From Acidimicrobiales bacterium (GTDB lineage Bacteria; Actinomycetota; Acidimicrobiia; Acidimicrobiales; SZUA-35), in contig JAWSVN010000017.1 of the NCBI GenBank assembly GCA_033851875.1, positions 277 to 62,410 on the forward strand: a stretch of 62,134 nt of DNA, in the 5' to 3' direction. A program made the position numbers and the translations under genes. Numbering within the stretch: position 1 is the first letter of the stretch; each line of letters starts with the position of its first letter. The notes under the pieces are model-generated. The model was not told the origin of the DNA. It ran no database searches and saw nothing but the letters and a program-made list of their open reading frames with translations. Below, piece by piece: positions 20,801 through 29,521 of this stretch.

Positions 20801-21146
20801 CCGCGAGCTGGGCCGGGGTCGGTCCGACGAAGCGGAGCCCGGCGGCCTCCACGGCGGTGGCGAACGCCGAGTTCTCCGACAGGAACCCGTAGCCCGGATG
20901 CACGGCGTCGCACTCCTCGGCCACGGCGACGGCCACGAGCTGGTCGATGTCGAGGTAGGCGGCGGGGCCGCGCCCCTCGAGGGCGACGAATCGATCGGTC
21001 ACCTGGGTGTGGCGCGAGCCGGCATCGTCGTCGGGGGCGACCGCCACCGTCTCGATGCCGAGATCGGCGGCGCCGGCCGCGATGCGGCAGGCGATCTCGC
21101 CCCGGTTGGCGATCAGGAGGCGGGTGACGGGACGCTCGTTGACCAT
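17877..21146 (-). CDS. single-chain multidomain acyl-CoA carboxylase (biotin carboxylase + BCCP + carboxyltransferase)
   Basis: 1089 aa. The N-terminal biotin carboxylase begins LLIANRGEIACRIA and includes an ATP-grasp. The biotinyl motif is VMEAMKMEH. The C-terminal ~500 aa form a carboxyltransferase domain (GGGRPGD.., GGMGLEGAV). Confidence 0.9.
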   Translation of the reverse strand: MVNERPVTRLLIANRGEIACRIAAGAADLGIETVAVAPDDDAGSRHTQVTDRFVALEGRGPAAYLDIDQLVAVAVAEECDAVHPGYGFLSENSAFATAVEAAGLRFVGPTPAQLAALGDKAEARRIAAEVGVPVLPASEVLADADEAAAFLADHGAMVLKAVSGGGGRGMRIVTDPADVAAALERCRSEALGAFGDDAVYAERLVGDARHVEVQIVGDGSGAVVHLHERECTLQRRHQKVVEYAPSPTLDRALADRLAEWSVSLGAALDYRGVGTVEFLVDRGSGDAFFIEANARLQVEHTVTEEITGVDLVQTQLGIVAGGTLAEVGLAETPTRRGQAVQLRVNLETMEADGSTRPAGGTLTRFEPPTGPGVRVDTYGAQGYTTSPAYDSLLAKVIVHGRDHAETLVRAARAVDRFALDGPASNLGFLAALLADEAVAANDVSTTFIAANAERLAADAAAWTGPAGSTATAATSAPVGDLAPGTIAAPLQGTVVTIDVAPGDAVPAGAQLLVMEAMKMEHVVVAAHSGVVGAIAVAPGDAVFEGHGLLVLDAAEVAGDEAAGSAEVDLDHVRADLAEVNERHGFGFDENRAEAVAKRHAKGKRTARENIADLVDDGTFMEWGPLVVAAQRKRRSLPELIEKTPGDGLVGGIGSVNGDAFGEDDAQCVVMTYDYMVLAGTQGHQNHRKKDRLFELAQELRLPTILFAEGGGGRPGDTDGVGVAGLDCMAFRLWGELSGLVPLVGINAGYCFAGNAALLGCCDVVIATRDSNLGMGGPAMIEGGGLGVFHPTEIGPSDVQSANGVIDILVDDEEEAVRVAKQYLAYFQGRTDDWEAHDQRRLRHVIPENRLRIYDVREVIDLLFDVDSVLELRADFGLGMITALARIEGRPVGVVANNPAHLAGAIDADGADKAARFLQLCDAFDLPVVNLCDTPGIMVGPEAEKTALVRHASRLFVVGASVEVPMCTIVLRKGYGLGAQAMAAGSFKSPVFTVAWPTGEFGGMGLEGAVQLGYRNELAAIEDPEERERTYQEMVDRMYTVGKAVSMADHFEIDDVIDPAESRRVILTMLRAAPAPLPRSGKKRPAIDTW

Positions 21147-21192
21147 GGGCCAGAGCGTGGCCCAGTCACGGGCCGGTTGCGAGTCGGAGCCG

Positions 21193-21465
21193 CTATCCGC
21201 CCAGGCGGCGGCGCAGCATGGTCAGCCGGTGCACCAGGAGGAAATAGCTGCACACGGCGATCCCGAGGCAGAAGCGCACGGCCGAGCCGAGGGAGTCGCC
21301 GTCGAAGATCGCGTCGGCGGTCCACCAGGTGAACACGATCATCGACACCGCGAGGCCGAACGCGGGGAACCACCAGTTCCAACGCCAGTTGTTGCGCCCG
21401 TTCTCCACGGGTTCGACGCTACGCAGCCGGCGCCGCACCCGGGAGGGCGGAGCCACCCGGCGCAC
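21193..21465 (-). CDS. small membrane protein (90 aa), hypothetical
   Basis: Two hydrophobic helices (WWFPAFGLAVSMIVFTWW and FCLGIAVCSYFLLV). It ends 47 nt upstream of the carboxylase start on the same strand. Confidence 0.4.
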   Translation of the reverse strand: MRRVAPPSRVRRRLRSVEPVENGRNNWRWNWWFPAFGLAVSMIVFTWWTADAIFDGDSLGSAVRFCLGIAVCSYFLLVHRLTMLRRRLGG

Positions 21466-21530
21466 TGGGTCGCCGGCCCCAGGTCCGGCTAGCCTCGTTC
21501 GCCGATCAGTCGGACCGATCTGGAGCCCGC

Positions 21531-21806
21531 ATGTTGTTTGCCATCCACGCCCTCGACAAGCCGGGGGCGCTCGACGTTCGCACGGCCAATCGGGAGGCCC
21601 ACCTCGCCTACGTGGCCGACTTCGACTCCAAGGCCGGCGGCCCCCTGCTCGACGACGACGACAACATGTGCGGCAGCCTCCTGATCATGGAGTTCGCCGA
21701 CCGGGCGGCGGCCGAGGAGTTCTCGGCCAACGACCCCTACACCAAGGCCGGGCTGTTCGAGCGGGTGGAGATCCGCGGCTTCAAGAAGGTGATGTGGCCG
21801 TCGTGA
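21531..21806 (+). CDS. YciI family protein
   Basis: 91 aa. MLFAIHALDKPG..REAHLAY..GGPL..GSLLIMEF..A..F...DPY is typical of YciI-like proteins. Confidence 0.8.
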   Translation: MLFAIHALDKPGALDVRTANREAHLAYVADFDSKAGGPLLDDDDNMCGSLLIMEFADRAAAEEFSANDPYTKAGLFERVEIRGFKKVMWPS

Positions 21807-23110
21807 GCGAGGCGAACAACGAGCACCCCTTCGGCCGGGCGACCACCCCGCGCCGGGTCCTGATCGCCGGCGGCGGCATCGGCGGCCTCACCGCCGCCCT
21901 GTGCCTCCACGCTGCGGGCCACGACGTGACCGTGTTCGAGTCGGTGCGAGAGCCCCGCGAGTTGGGCGTCGGCATCAACGTGCAACCCCACTCGGTCCGC
22001 ATCCTGCACGAACTCGGGCTCGGCCCGGCGCTCGACGAGGTGGCGATCCACACCCGCCGCCTCAGCTTCTACTCCGAGGACGGCACGCAGATCTGGACCG
22101 AGGATCGTGGCACCCACGCGGGCTTGCCCTGGCCGCAGTACTCGATCCACCGCGGCCGCTTCCAGATGGTGCTCCTCGAGGCCGCCCGCGAGCGGTTGGG
22201 CGCCGACCGGGTGCTCACCGGCCACCACCTCTCGGCCTTCGAGCAGGACGCGTCGGGCGTCACCGGGTACTTCGTCGACAAGGAGACCGGGGCCGCCGCC
22301 GGTTCCTACACCGGCGACGTCCTCGTCGGCGCCGACGGCATCAACTCGGTCGTGCGTTCCACCCTCAACCCCGACCAGGGGCCGCCCCACTACTCGGGCC
22401 TGATGCTGTGGCGCGGGGCGGTCGAGGCCGAACCGTTCGGCGACGGCGAGTCGATGTTCATGGCCGGCCACGACACCCTGAAGGTGGTCGCCTACCCGAT
22501 CGGCGGCGCCGAGCGCCGGGCCGGTCGCAGCCTGATCAACTGGGTGGCCGAGTTCCCCGTCGAGCTCGACATCGAGTCGGCCGACTGGAACCGGATCGCC
22601 GAACACGACGACTTCGCCCCCGCCTTCAAGGACTGGGTGTGGGACTGGATCGACATCCCGTCGATCTTCGCCGCCACCGAGACCGTGTGGGAGTTCCCGA
22701 TGTCGGACCGTGACCCGATCGACCGCTGGTCGCACGGACGGGTCACCCTCCTCGGCGACGCCGCCCACGTGATGCGCCCCAACGGTTCCAACGGGTCGAG
22801 CCAGGCGATCATCGACGGCGAGAGCCTCACCGCCGCCCTCAATGTGGAGGACGACGTGGTCGACGCCCTCGAGCGCTACCAGGACGAACGACTCCCGCCG
22901 ACCCGCCAGCTCACGCTCGACAACCGCCAGACCGGGCCCGAACGGGTGTTGCAGTGGGTCAAGGACCGGTGCGACGGCAACTGCGTCGGCCACCACGTCT
23001 GCGTGCCCCGCCACGAGCTCGAGACGGTGGCCAACGCCTACAAGATGCTCGCCGGCATGTCGAACGATCAGCTCCTGGCCAAGATCGACGAGGCCGGCGC
23101 CGCGAACTGA
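21803..23110 (+). CDS. FAD-dependent aromatic-ring monooxygenase
   Basis: GTG at 21803 forms a GTGA overlap with the YciI stop; 435 aa. Rossmann motif VLIAGGGIGGLTAAL, plus GADGINS and LLGDAAHVMRPNGSNG. Confidence 0.85.
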   Translation: MSEANNEHPFGRATTPRRVLIAGGGIGGLTAALCLHAAGHDVTVFESVREPRELGVGINVQPHSVRILHELGLGPALDEVAIHTRRLSFYSEDGTQIWTEDRGTHAGLPWPQYSIHRGRFQMVLLEAARERLGADRVLTGHHLSAFEQDASGVTGYFVDKETGAAAGSYTGDVLVGADGINSVVRSTLNPDQGPPHYSGLMLWRGAVEAEPFGDGESMFMAGHDTLKVVAYPIGGAERRAGRSLINWVAEFPVELDIESADWNRIAEHDDFAPAFKDWVWDWIDIPSIFAATETVWEFPMSDRDPIDRWSHGRVTLLGDAAHVMRPNGSNGSSQAIIDGESLTAALNVEDDVVDALERYQDERLPPTRQLTLDNRQTGPERVLQWVKDRCDGNCVGHHVCVPRHELETVANAYKMLAGMSNDQLLAKIDEAGAAN

Positions 23111-23166
23111 CACTCTTGGGTGACATCAGTTCACGCGTCGAAGGTTCGACTGCCTAAGCTCGGAGC

Positions 23167-23787
23167 GTGACTCCTGCTGCGTCCACCCTCCACTGGCACG
23201 ACACCGACGTCGAGGTCCACAAGGTCGTCGTCGGGCCCTACGACAACAACGTCTTCGTCGTCCGCTGCCGCCACACCGGCGAGGCGGTGATGCTCGACGC
23301 CGCCAACGAACACGAGATGTTGCTCGACCTGTGTCGCACCCTCGGGGTGCGGACCGTGCTCGAGACCCATGGCCACTGGGACCACATCCAGGCGGTGCCG
23401 GCCGTGCGCGACGCCGGGTTCGAGGTGGGGGTGACCGCGGCCGACGCCGAGATGTTGCCGAGCTACGACTACCTCCTCGAGGACGACACGATGATCGAGG
23501 TCGGCCGGCTCAAGCTCCACACGATCACGACCCCGGGCCACACCCCCGGTTCGATCTGCTTCAAGCTGGTCGACAAGCCGCTGCTGTTCACCGGCGACAC
23601 CCTCTTCCCCGGCGGCCCCGGCGCCACCAAGTGGGAGTACTCGAGCTTCGACGAGATCATCCGCTCGATCGACGACCGCCTGTTCGTCCACGCCCCCGAC
23701 ACGATCGTGCTGCCCGGCCACGGCGACGACACCACGATCGGCACCGAACGACCCCAGCTCGACGCCTGGGTCGATCGAGGCTGGTGA
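23167..23787 (+). CDS. MBL-fold metallo-hydrolase (glyoxalase II-like)
   Basis: 206 aa with the THGHWDH metal motif, TPGHTPGS and GHG. Confidence 0.85.
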   Translation: MTPAASTLHWHDTDVEVHKVVVGPYDNNVFVVRCRHTGEAVMLDAANEHEMLLDLCRTLGVRTVLETHGHWDHIQAVPAVRDAGFEVGVTAADAEMLPSYDYLLEDDTMIEVGRLKLHTITTPGHTPGSICFKLVDKPLLFTGDTLFPGGPGATKWEYSSFDEIIRSIDDRLFVHAPDTIVLPGHGDDTTIGTERPQLDAWVDRGW

Positions 23788-25112
23788 GCGAGAACCGCCC
23801 CGCCATGGACGCCTCCGCCAGATCGGGCTGCGAGCTCGACGAACCCCCTGAACCCGAGCCGGCGCCGGAGAGCACGGCCTTCGACGTGCTCAAGATCCGG
23901 GACTTCCGCCGGATCTTCCTCGCATCCTTCGCGTCCAACATGGGGCGCTGGATGCAGAACGTGGCCCTCGGCGTGTTCGCCTACGAGCTGACCGAGAGCC
24001 CCACCTTCACCACCTTCATCATCTTCGCCCAGCTCTCCCCCATGCTGTTGCTGAGCGTCGTCGGCGGCTCGCTGGCCGACTCCGTCGACCGCCGCAAGCT
24101 GCTGTTGTTCACCCAGGCCTGGCAGGCGCTGTGGGGTCTCGTCCTGGCGTGGCAGGTGCTCGACGACGACATCAGCCAACACCTGCTGGTCGGCATCGTG
24201 TTCATGATCGGCATCGGGCAGGCTCTGTTCGCCCCCGCCTTCACCGCGGTGGTGCCGAGCCTGGTCGGACCTCGTGACCTCGGGGCGGCCATCAGCCTCA
24301 ACTCGATCCAGGTCAACGGCTCGCGCGTCCTCGGCCCGGCGCTCGGCGCCGCGCTGCTCAGCGCCACCGGGATCGCCGAGCTGTTCGCCCTCAACTCGGC
24401 CACCTACCTGCTGATCATCGGCGCCCTGTTCGTCACCCCGATGCCCCCGGTCCGCCAGCAGTCGATGTCGGCCGCCGACCGGCTCCTCGGCGGCTTCCGG
24501 GTCGCCACCCGGGTCCCCCAGGTCGGCCGTCCGCTCGCGATCATGTCGACCTTCTCGCTGCTGTGCCTGCCCTTCATCGGTCTGATGCCGGTGCTGGCCG
24601 AACACGACTGGAACGTCGACGCCGAGAGCACCCAATACGGCTTGATCTACGCCATCTTCGGGTGCGGGGCCCTCGTCGGGGCCGCCCTCGCCGGCACGGT
24701 ACTGGTACGGCTCGACAAGGAGAAGGTGGTCCGCACCACCCTCGCCGGCTTCGCCGTCGCCCTTGCCACACTCAGCCAGGTGCGCTCCGGTTGGGTGGCC
24801 GCCGGGGTGCTGTTCTGGGTCGGCACCTTCTACTTCGTGATGCCGACCGCCCTCAACACCTTCCTCCAGCAGCACCTGGCCGACGAGGTCCGCGGCCGGG
24901 TGATGGCGCTGTGGGTGCTGTCGTTCGGCGGCGTCGTGTCGCTGAACAACCTCGTGTCGGGCGCCGTGGTCGAGGTCACGTCGACCTCCCTCGTCCTGGC
25001 GTCCGGCGCCGCGGTGGCCCTCGTCCTGGCGGCGCTGGTGCGCCTCACCCCCGGCAAGCCGGTGGGCAACGAGGTGCTCAGCGACCCTGCCAGGTCCGCA
25101 ACGGAGTCTTGA
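23784..25112 (+). CDS. MFS transporter (EntS/MFS_3-like)
   Basis: GTG at 23784 forms a GTGA overlap; the alternative start is ATG at 23805. The protein is polytopic. FRRIFLASFASNMGRWMQ and LADSVDRRK are typical of this MFS subfamily. Confidence 0.8.
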   Translation: MSENRPAMDASARSGCELDEPPEPEPAPESTAFDVLKIRDFRRIFLASFASNMGRWMQNVALGVFAYELTESPTFTTFIIFAQLSPMLLLSVVGGSLADSVDRRKLLLFTQAWQALWGLVLAWQVLDDDISQHLLVGIVFMIGIGQALFAPAFTAVVPSLVGPRDLGAAISLNSIQVNGSRVLGPALGAALLSATGIAELFALNSATYLLIIGALFVTPMPPVRQQSMSAADRLLGGFRVATRVPQVGRPLAIMSTFSLLCLPFIGLMPVLAEHDWNVDAESTQYGLIYAIFGCGALVGAALAGTVLVRLDKEKVVRTTLAGFAVALATLSQVRSGWVAAGVLFWVGTFYFVMPTALNTFLQQHLADEVRGRVMALWVLSFGGVVSLNNLVSGAVVEVTSTSLVLASGAAVALVLAALVRLTPGKPVGNEVLSDPARSATES

Positions 25113-25992
25113 GCTTCGAGCCGACGACCGCCAGGCAGCGGGCCTTCTCCGCCGTCGACAGGTCCGACTCCTGGAGCGCCGACACGTAGCCGTGGAGGAT
25201 CCGGGCCACGAACTGGCGGCTTCCGGCCCCGTACTGGGTCATCGCGTCGGCGTCGTGAGCCATCCGGGTGGAGTTCATGTTGTGGCTCCGCCGGTTGAAC
25301 AGTGGCTCGGGCACCTCGGCGAACTTGCCCTGGAGCAGAAGCTCGAACAGGAGCACCTTGTCGGCGCCGTAGAACGGGCGGTGCAGCAAGGTGCGATGCA
25401 GGGCATCGCGCCGCATCAATCCGAAGATGAACGAGAGCTTGTGGGTGTTGCGCACCACGGCGCGGATCCGTTCGTGCGGCGCGTCCTTCTCGAGCCACTG
25501 CGAGCTCGGCGAGTTCAACACGAAGTGCTCGACGAACCCGTCCGGGTCGAGGAACCCGTTCTCGAGGGGCACGAGCGGTTCGCCGAATCGGTCGATGGCG
25601 GCCGACCGGGCGTGAGCCACGATCACGTCGGGCCGGGTGTCGAGGAGCTCGACGGTGCGCTCGAGATAGGTCGGCTCGATCGTGTCGTCGGCGGCCGCCC
25701 ACCGCAGATACGGCGCCGTCGTGTAGCGGAAGCCGACGTTGAAGTTCGGGTTGGCGCCCAGGTTGACGTCGTTGCACCGGTAGCGCACTCGGTCGTCGGC
25801 GGCGACGAACCGCTCGGCGATCTCCCGGGTCGCGTCGGTCGACGCGTTGTCACAGATCAGCAGTTCGAAGTCGCCGAAGGTCTGCGCGAGGTGGCATTCG
25901 ATGGCGTCGGCCAGGAAGGTCTCGCCGTTGTAGACCGGCATGGCAATACTCACTCGGGGGGCACTGCTCACTCGGGGGGCACTGCTCGTCAT
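25078..25992 (-). CDS. family 2 glycosyltransferase
   Basis: ATG at 25992 overlaps the upstream sulfotransferase stop (ATGA); 304 aa. VSIAMPVYNGETFL and LLICDNASTDAT are GT2 signatures. The rest of the 590-aa track ORF is an artefact. Confidence 0.85.
   Translation of the reverse strand: MTSSAPRVSSAPRVSIAMPVYNGETFLADAIECHLAQTFGDFELLICDNASTDATREIAERFVAADDRVRYRCNDVNLGANPNFNVGFRYTTAPYLRWAAADDTIEPTYLERTVELLDTRPDVIVAHARSAAIDRFGEPLVPLENGFLDPDGFVEHFVLNSPSSQWLEKDAPHERIRAVVRNTHKLSFIFGLMRRDALHRTLLHRPFYGADKVLLFELLLQGKFAEVPEPLFNRRSHNMNSTRMAHDADAMTQYGAGSRQFVARILHGYVSALQESDLSTAEKARCLAVVGSKLKTPLRTWQGR
25951..25986. repeat. perfect 18-bp tandem duplication inside the 5' end of the GT2 gene
   Basis: CACTCGGGGGGCACTGCT occurs twice (25951-25968 and 25969-25986). 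It encodes [12 protein letters not shown], and each copy contains a G6 run. Confidence 0.95.
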
Positions 25993-26921
25993 CGTCGGGC
26001 TCCGAAGAAGGTCCAGTGGTCGGCCGGGTCGAAGTCGACCAGGGGCGGCAGGGCGGTCAGCTCGTCGGCCAAGGCCGCCTCGAGCCGGGCCCGCGTGGAA
26101 GCCGGCATGTCGTCGTAATCGTTGCTGCGGAGCCGCTCGCGCACGGCGACCGCTCGGTCCTTGAGGCCGCGCGGGATCCGGTCGGCGAAGGAGTCGGGCA
26201 GGAAGCCAGGTGTGAGGATCGTGCTCAGCGCCGGGACTCGCGACCGACCGGCGGAGTTGTGGCGGACCTCGACCCCCACGTCGGCATCGGGGTCGATCCC
26301 GAGCCACGTGAAGATTCGAGCCATCTCGGCCGGCCCATCGGCTTGCAGCCGTTCGAGCACGGCGACGTGGACCTGGTCCCGGTCGAACTTCTCGTAGAGC
26401 CGGGTGAGCTGCTCGCTGTAGCGACTCTCGGCCACGTAGTGGAACAGCGGCTCCCAGTGATCGGCGATGCGCTGGGGCTCGGCCTCGAGGGCCGCGTCGA
26501 GGGTCTCGAGCGGTTCGCCGCCGAGACGGCGGAGGTAGTTGAAGCTCGACCAGATCCGATCGATCGGGTCGCGCAGCACGATCAAGAGCTTGGCGTCGGG
26601 GAACCGGCGGGCCAGCTCGGCCTGGGCGTCGTCGATGTAGAGGTAGAACGACGACGACTCGCCGCGGTAACGCCGGTCGGCGCCCGGCGTGAAGAGGTCG
26701 AGGTACGCGCCCTCGTCGAGGACGATCTGCCCCTCGAAGTTCGGGTCGCCGTTGTGGTTGAACGGCGGCGTACCCCCGGCGAAGCACACGAACCCGGGCT
26801 CCTTGGCCTCGGCCATGTAGATCTCGGGGTGCGCCCGCAGGTACCGCCACATCGACGTGCTACCGGCGCGCTGCGCTCCGATCACGAAGAAGTTCGGTTC
26901 GATCATCGTCGCCTCACCCAC
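25989..26921 (-). CDS. sulfotransferase (PAPS-dependent type)
   Basis: 310 aa from GTG 26921; the alternative start is ATG at 26906. The 5'-PSB loop is FVIGAQRAGSTS and the 3'-PB motif is VLRDPIDRIWSSF. Confidence 0.8.
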   Translation of the reverse strand: MGEATMIEPNFFVIGAQRAGSTSMWRYLRAHPEIYMAEAKEPGFVCFAGGTPPFNHNGDPNFEGQIVLDEGAYLDLFTPGADRRYRGESSSFYLYIDDAQAELARRFPDAKLLIVLRDPIDRIWSSFNYLRRLGGEPLETLDAALEAEPQRIADHWEPLFHYVAESRYSEQLTRLYEKFDRDQVHVAVLERLQADGPAEMARIFTWLGIDPDADVGVEVRHNSAGRSRVPALSTILTPGFLPDSFADRIPRGLKDRAVAVRERLRSNDYDDMPASTRARLEAALADELTALPPLVDFDPADHWTFFGARR

Positions 26922-26956
26922 ATATCACCCTTCCGCGTCCGCGCTCGGCGCCGCCG

Positions 26957-26998
26957 CCGGTGAGAAGTGTGGCTGAGTCGGCCCCGGTTTCTCACCGG
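26957..26998. promoter_or_regulatory. 10-bp perfect inverted repeat in a divergent promoter region
   Basis: CCGGTGAGAA (26957-26966) and TTCTCACCGG (26989-26998) are separated by 22 nt. They lie in the 240-bp gap between the divergent sulfotransferase and glycosyltransferase genes. Confidence 0.4.
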
Positions 26999-27161
26999 CA
27001 AGGCTGCCCACCATCCCGCTCGGGATCGGCCGTTCGACCTACTCTGCCCACAAGCACCTCCAAGCAGCTTGCGAGCGCGCTGACAGTCGTGCCGTAGGTG
27101 AAAGTGACCGGTCATTGACGGGTCGAAGCCTCGGTCCGTACAGTCCGAAGCGGCGGGAAGG

Positions 27162-28409
27162 ATGGGAGAAATGGCGATGGCGACCGGCGGGACGGTGCGT
27201 CGAGCCCAACAGAGGCTTCGGATTGCGATGATCGGTTCGCGCGGGATCCCCGCTCGATACGGCGGCGTCGAGACCGTGGTCGATGTGGCGGCACGAGAAC
27301 TGGTGAAACGAGGCCACGACGTGACGGTGTTCTGCCGTCGTGGCGACTACGAAGAACGACCGAGCGACGTCGACGGCGTGCGCTGCGTCTACCTGTGGGC
27401 GCCGGCCCAGACCGGGCTCGCCGCTCTCGTCCATTCGGGCCTGGCGACGATCTGGTCGCTGCCGCGCCGCTTCGACGTCATCCATTACCACGCCCTCGGT
27501 CCGGGCCTGCTGGCAGCGATCCCCAAGCTCCTGACCAAGGCCCGCATCGTGCAGACGGTCCACGGCCGCGACGACAAGCGCGACAAGTGGGGCCGCTTCC
27601 CGAAGCTGGTCCTCGGTCTCGGCGCTCGGTCCAGCGCGTCGATCCCCGACGAGACCCTCGTCGTGTCGAACGCCCTCTGCGAGGACTACCTGGAGGAGTT
27701 CGGCCGACGCACCCGATTCGTGCCCAACGCCACCGGCCCTCGTATGGAGGCCGAGCCGGGCGAGGCCCTCGAACGCTTCGGCCTCGATCGCGGACGCTAC
27801 GTGCTGTCGGTGGGCCGCATCGTGCCCGAGAAGGCGCCCCACGAACTGGTCGAGGCGTTCGTCGACAGCGACCTCGACACGACCCTCGTCGTCGTCGGCG
27901 GCTCGGCCGGCACCGATGACTACGCCGCCAAGATCTGGGCGATCGCCGAGGGTGACGACCGCGTCGTCTTCACCGGCGGCGTCTACGGCGACGACCTGGC
28001 CCAGCTGGTCTGCGGCGCCGCCGTGTTCGTCACCGGCTCCCACCTCGAGGGCCTCCCGACCACGGTGATCGAAGCGGGCCGCACGGCCACGCCGTGCTTG
28101 GCCAGCGACATCGCCCCCCACGTCGAGATCCTGGGCGACGACCAGCCGGGCGCTCGCACGTTCCCGGTCGGCGACGGCACCAAGTTCGTCGAACGGCTCC
28201 GAGCCATGCTGGGCGACCTCGAACGAGAGCAGCGGGGCGCACGCGTCCTGGCCGAGTCGCTCGAGGATCGGTTCAGCGCCGAGCGGGCCGCCGACATCCA
28301 CGAGATCGCGTACGGCCTCGACCCCGAGGTCGTGATCGATCTACGTCGGGAGCGGATACCCGAGGTCGATCGCGAGGGATCCGACCGCCTTCTCGATTCG
28401 AGCCGCTGA
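27162..28409 (+). CDS. family 4 (GT-B) glycosyltransferase
   Basis: 415 aa, with GGGAAGG just upstream of the ATG. N-terminus GSRGIPARYGGVETVV. The EX7E motif is EGLPTTVIE. Confidence 0.8.
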   Translation: MGEMAMATGGTVRRAQQRLRIAMIGSRGIPARYGGVETVVDVAARELVKRGHDVTVFCRRGDYEERPSDVDGVRCVYLWAPAQTGLAALVHSGLATIWSLPRRFDVIHYHALGPGLLAAIPKLLTKARIVQTVHGRDDKRDKWGRFPKLVLGLGARSSASIPDETLVVSNALCEDYLEEFGRRTRFVPNATGPRMEAEPGEALERFGLDRGRYVLSVGRIVPEKAPHELVEAFVDSDLDTTLVVVGGSAGTDDYAAKIWAIAEGDDRVVFTGGVYGDDLAQLVCGAAVFVTGSHLEGLPTTVIEAGRTATPCLASDIAPHVEILGDDQPGARTFPVGDGTKFVERLRAMLGDLEREQRGARVLAESLEDRFSAERAADIHEIAYGLDPEVVIDLRRERIPEVDREGSDRLLDSSR

Positions 28410-29354
28410 CGAGCTCGGCAGGCGAGCACCATGGGACCGGCCGACCTTGCGGTCGAGGGTCGACGAATCGGGCTCGAGCCCACAGAACGCGCCCAGCTCG
28501 GTGAGCACCGTCGGGTCCTCGACCAACGACTCGTAGCGGACGACCATGTGGGGCAGCTCCGACGGGTAGTCGAGGTAGCCGGCGACCCGGTCGGCCCACA
28601 GGAGGCCGAAGTCTCGGGGCGACACGATCGGCTCGTCGGGCCAGCGGGAGTAGCCCTGCGCCCGCAGCGCCACATACGACGACCAGCTGGCGTAGGGATC
28701 GCGATGGACGAAAACCACCCGAGCGTTCGGGTAGAGGGCGTGGAGGTAGCGGGCATCGTCGGCCGACAACCGCGTCTCCTTCAGCCCCCAGCGCCCGTAG
28801 CCGCGGGCCGCCGCCGGGTCGGCGTAGAGGCGATCGAACAGAGCGCGGTGCGAGGCCAGCAGGTCGACGCGCTCGGGATAGAGGTCGGGCACCATCAGCT
28901 CGTGGAGGGCCGAGCCGTCGAGACGGTCGCCGGCCTCGAGTTCGTCGACGACGTTGCCGGGAGCCGGCCAGGCGTCGTCGAGGGGGCGCAGCGATTCGCG
29001 CAGACGGGGCACCAGGTCGCAGCGATTCCAGGGTTCACCCCACATCATCACGTCGCCCGAACTCAGCAGGAGTCGCTGCAACAGGGTCGAGCCGCTGCGC
29101 CACGTGGCGGCCAGCACGAAGATCGGGGCCTCGCTGTCGCTGGTCGGCGGAGCGGTCGCCGACGCGGCCTCGACCACCTCGTCGGTGAGTGCGAGCTCGG
29201 ACCAACCGGCCTGGGCGGCCCGCTGGTGCCGGCGACCCATCACCACGCCGTAGCGGTCCTCGACCGGCCGCAGCGCTCGACGGAACCATCGACGGGCCGC
29301 ACTCACGTCGGCCCGACCCCAGTCGTCGGTCGTTCCGGTCGGTTCAGGCATCAC
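28341..29354 (-). CDS. sulfotransferase (PAPS-dependent type)
   Basis: 337 aa with the 5'-PSB loop LAATWRSGSTLL and the 3'-PB motif FVHRDPYASWSSY. The start is uncertain. The 3' end overlaps the convergent GT gene by 69 nt. Confidence 0.75.
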   Translation of the reverse strand: MMPEPTGTTDDWGRADVSAARRWFRRALRPVEDRYGVVMGRRHQRAAQAGWSELALTDEVVEAASATAPPTSDSEAPIFVLAATWRSGSTLLQRLLLSSGDVMMWGEPWNRCDLVPRLRESLRPLDDAWPAPGNVVDELEAGDRLDGSALHELMVPDLYPERVDLLASHRALFDRLYADPAAARGYGRWGLKETRLSADDARYLHALYPNARVVFVHRDPYASWSSYVALRAQGYSRWPDEPIVSPRDFGLLWADRVAGYLDYPSELPHMVVRYESLVEDPTVLTELGAFCGLEPDSSTLDRKVGRSHGARLPSSSAARIEKAVGSLAIDLGYPLPT

Positions 29355-29521
29355 AATCCCTGCTGCTCGACATCTCCACCGACCCCGTCGGCCGGTTCGA
29401 CTCCGAATTCAACCCGTGAAAGTGGTGCCAGCAGCCCATGCGGTGGGAAATGCTCCCCTGATGGGGGCCGGGCGCCAGTCGTATCATGGGACACTCCAAG
29501 CATGGCGGAGGGTAGACCTCA

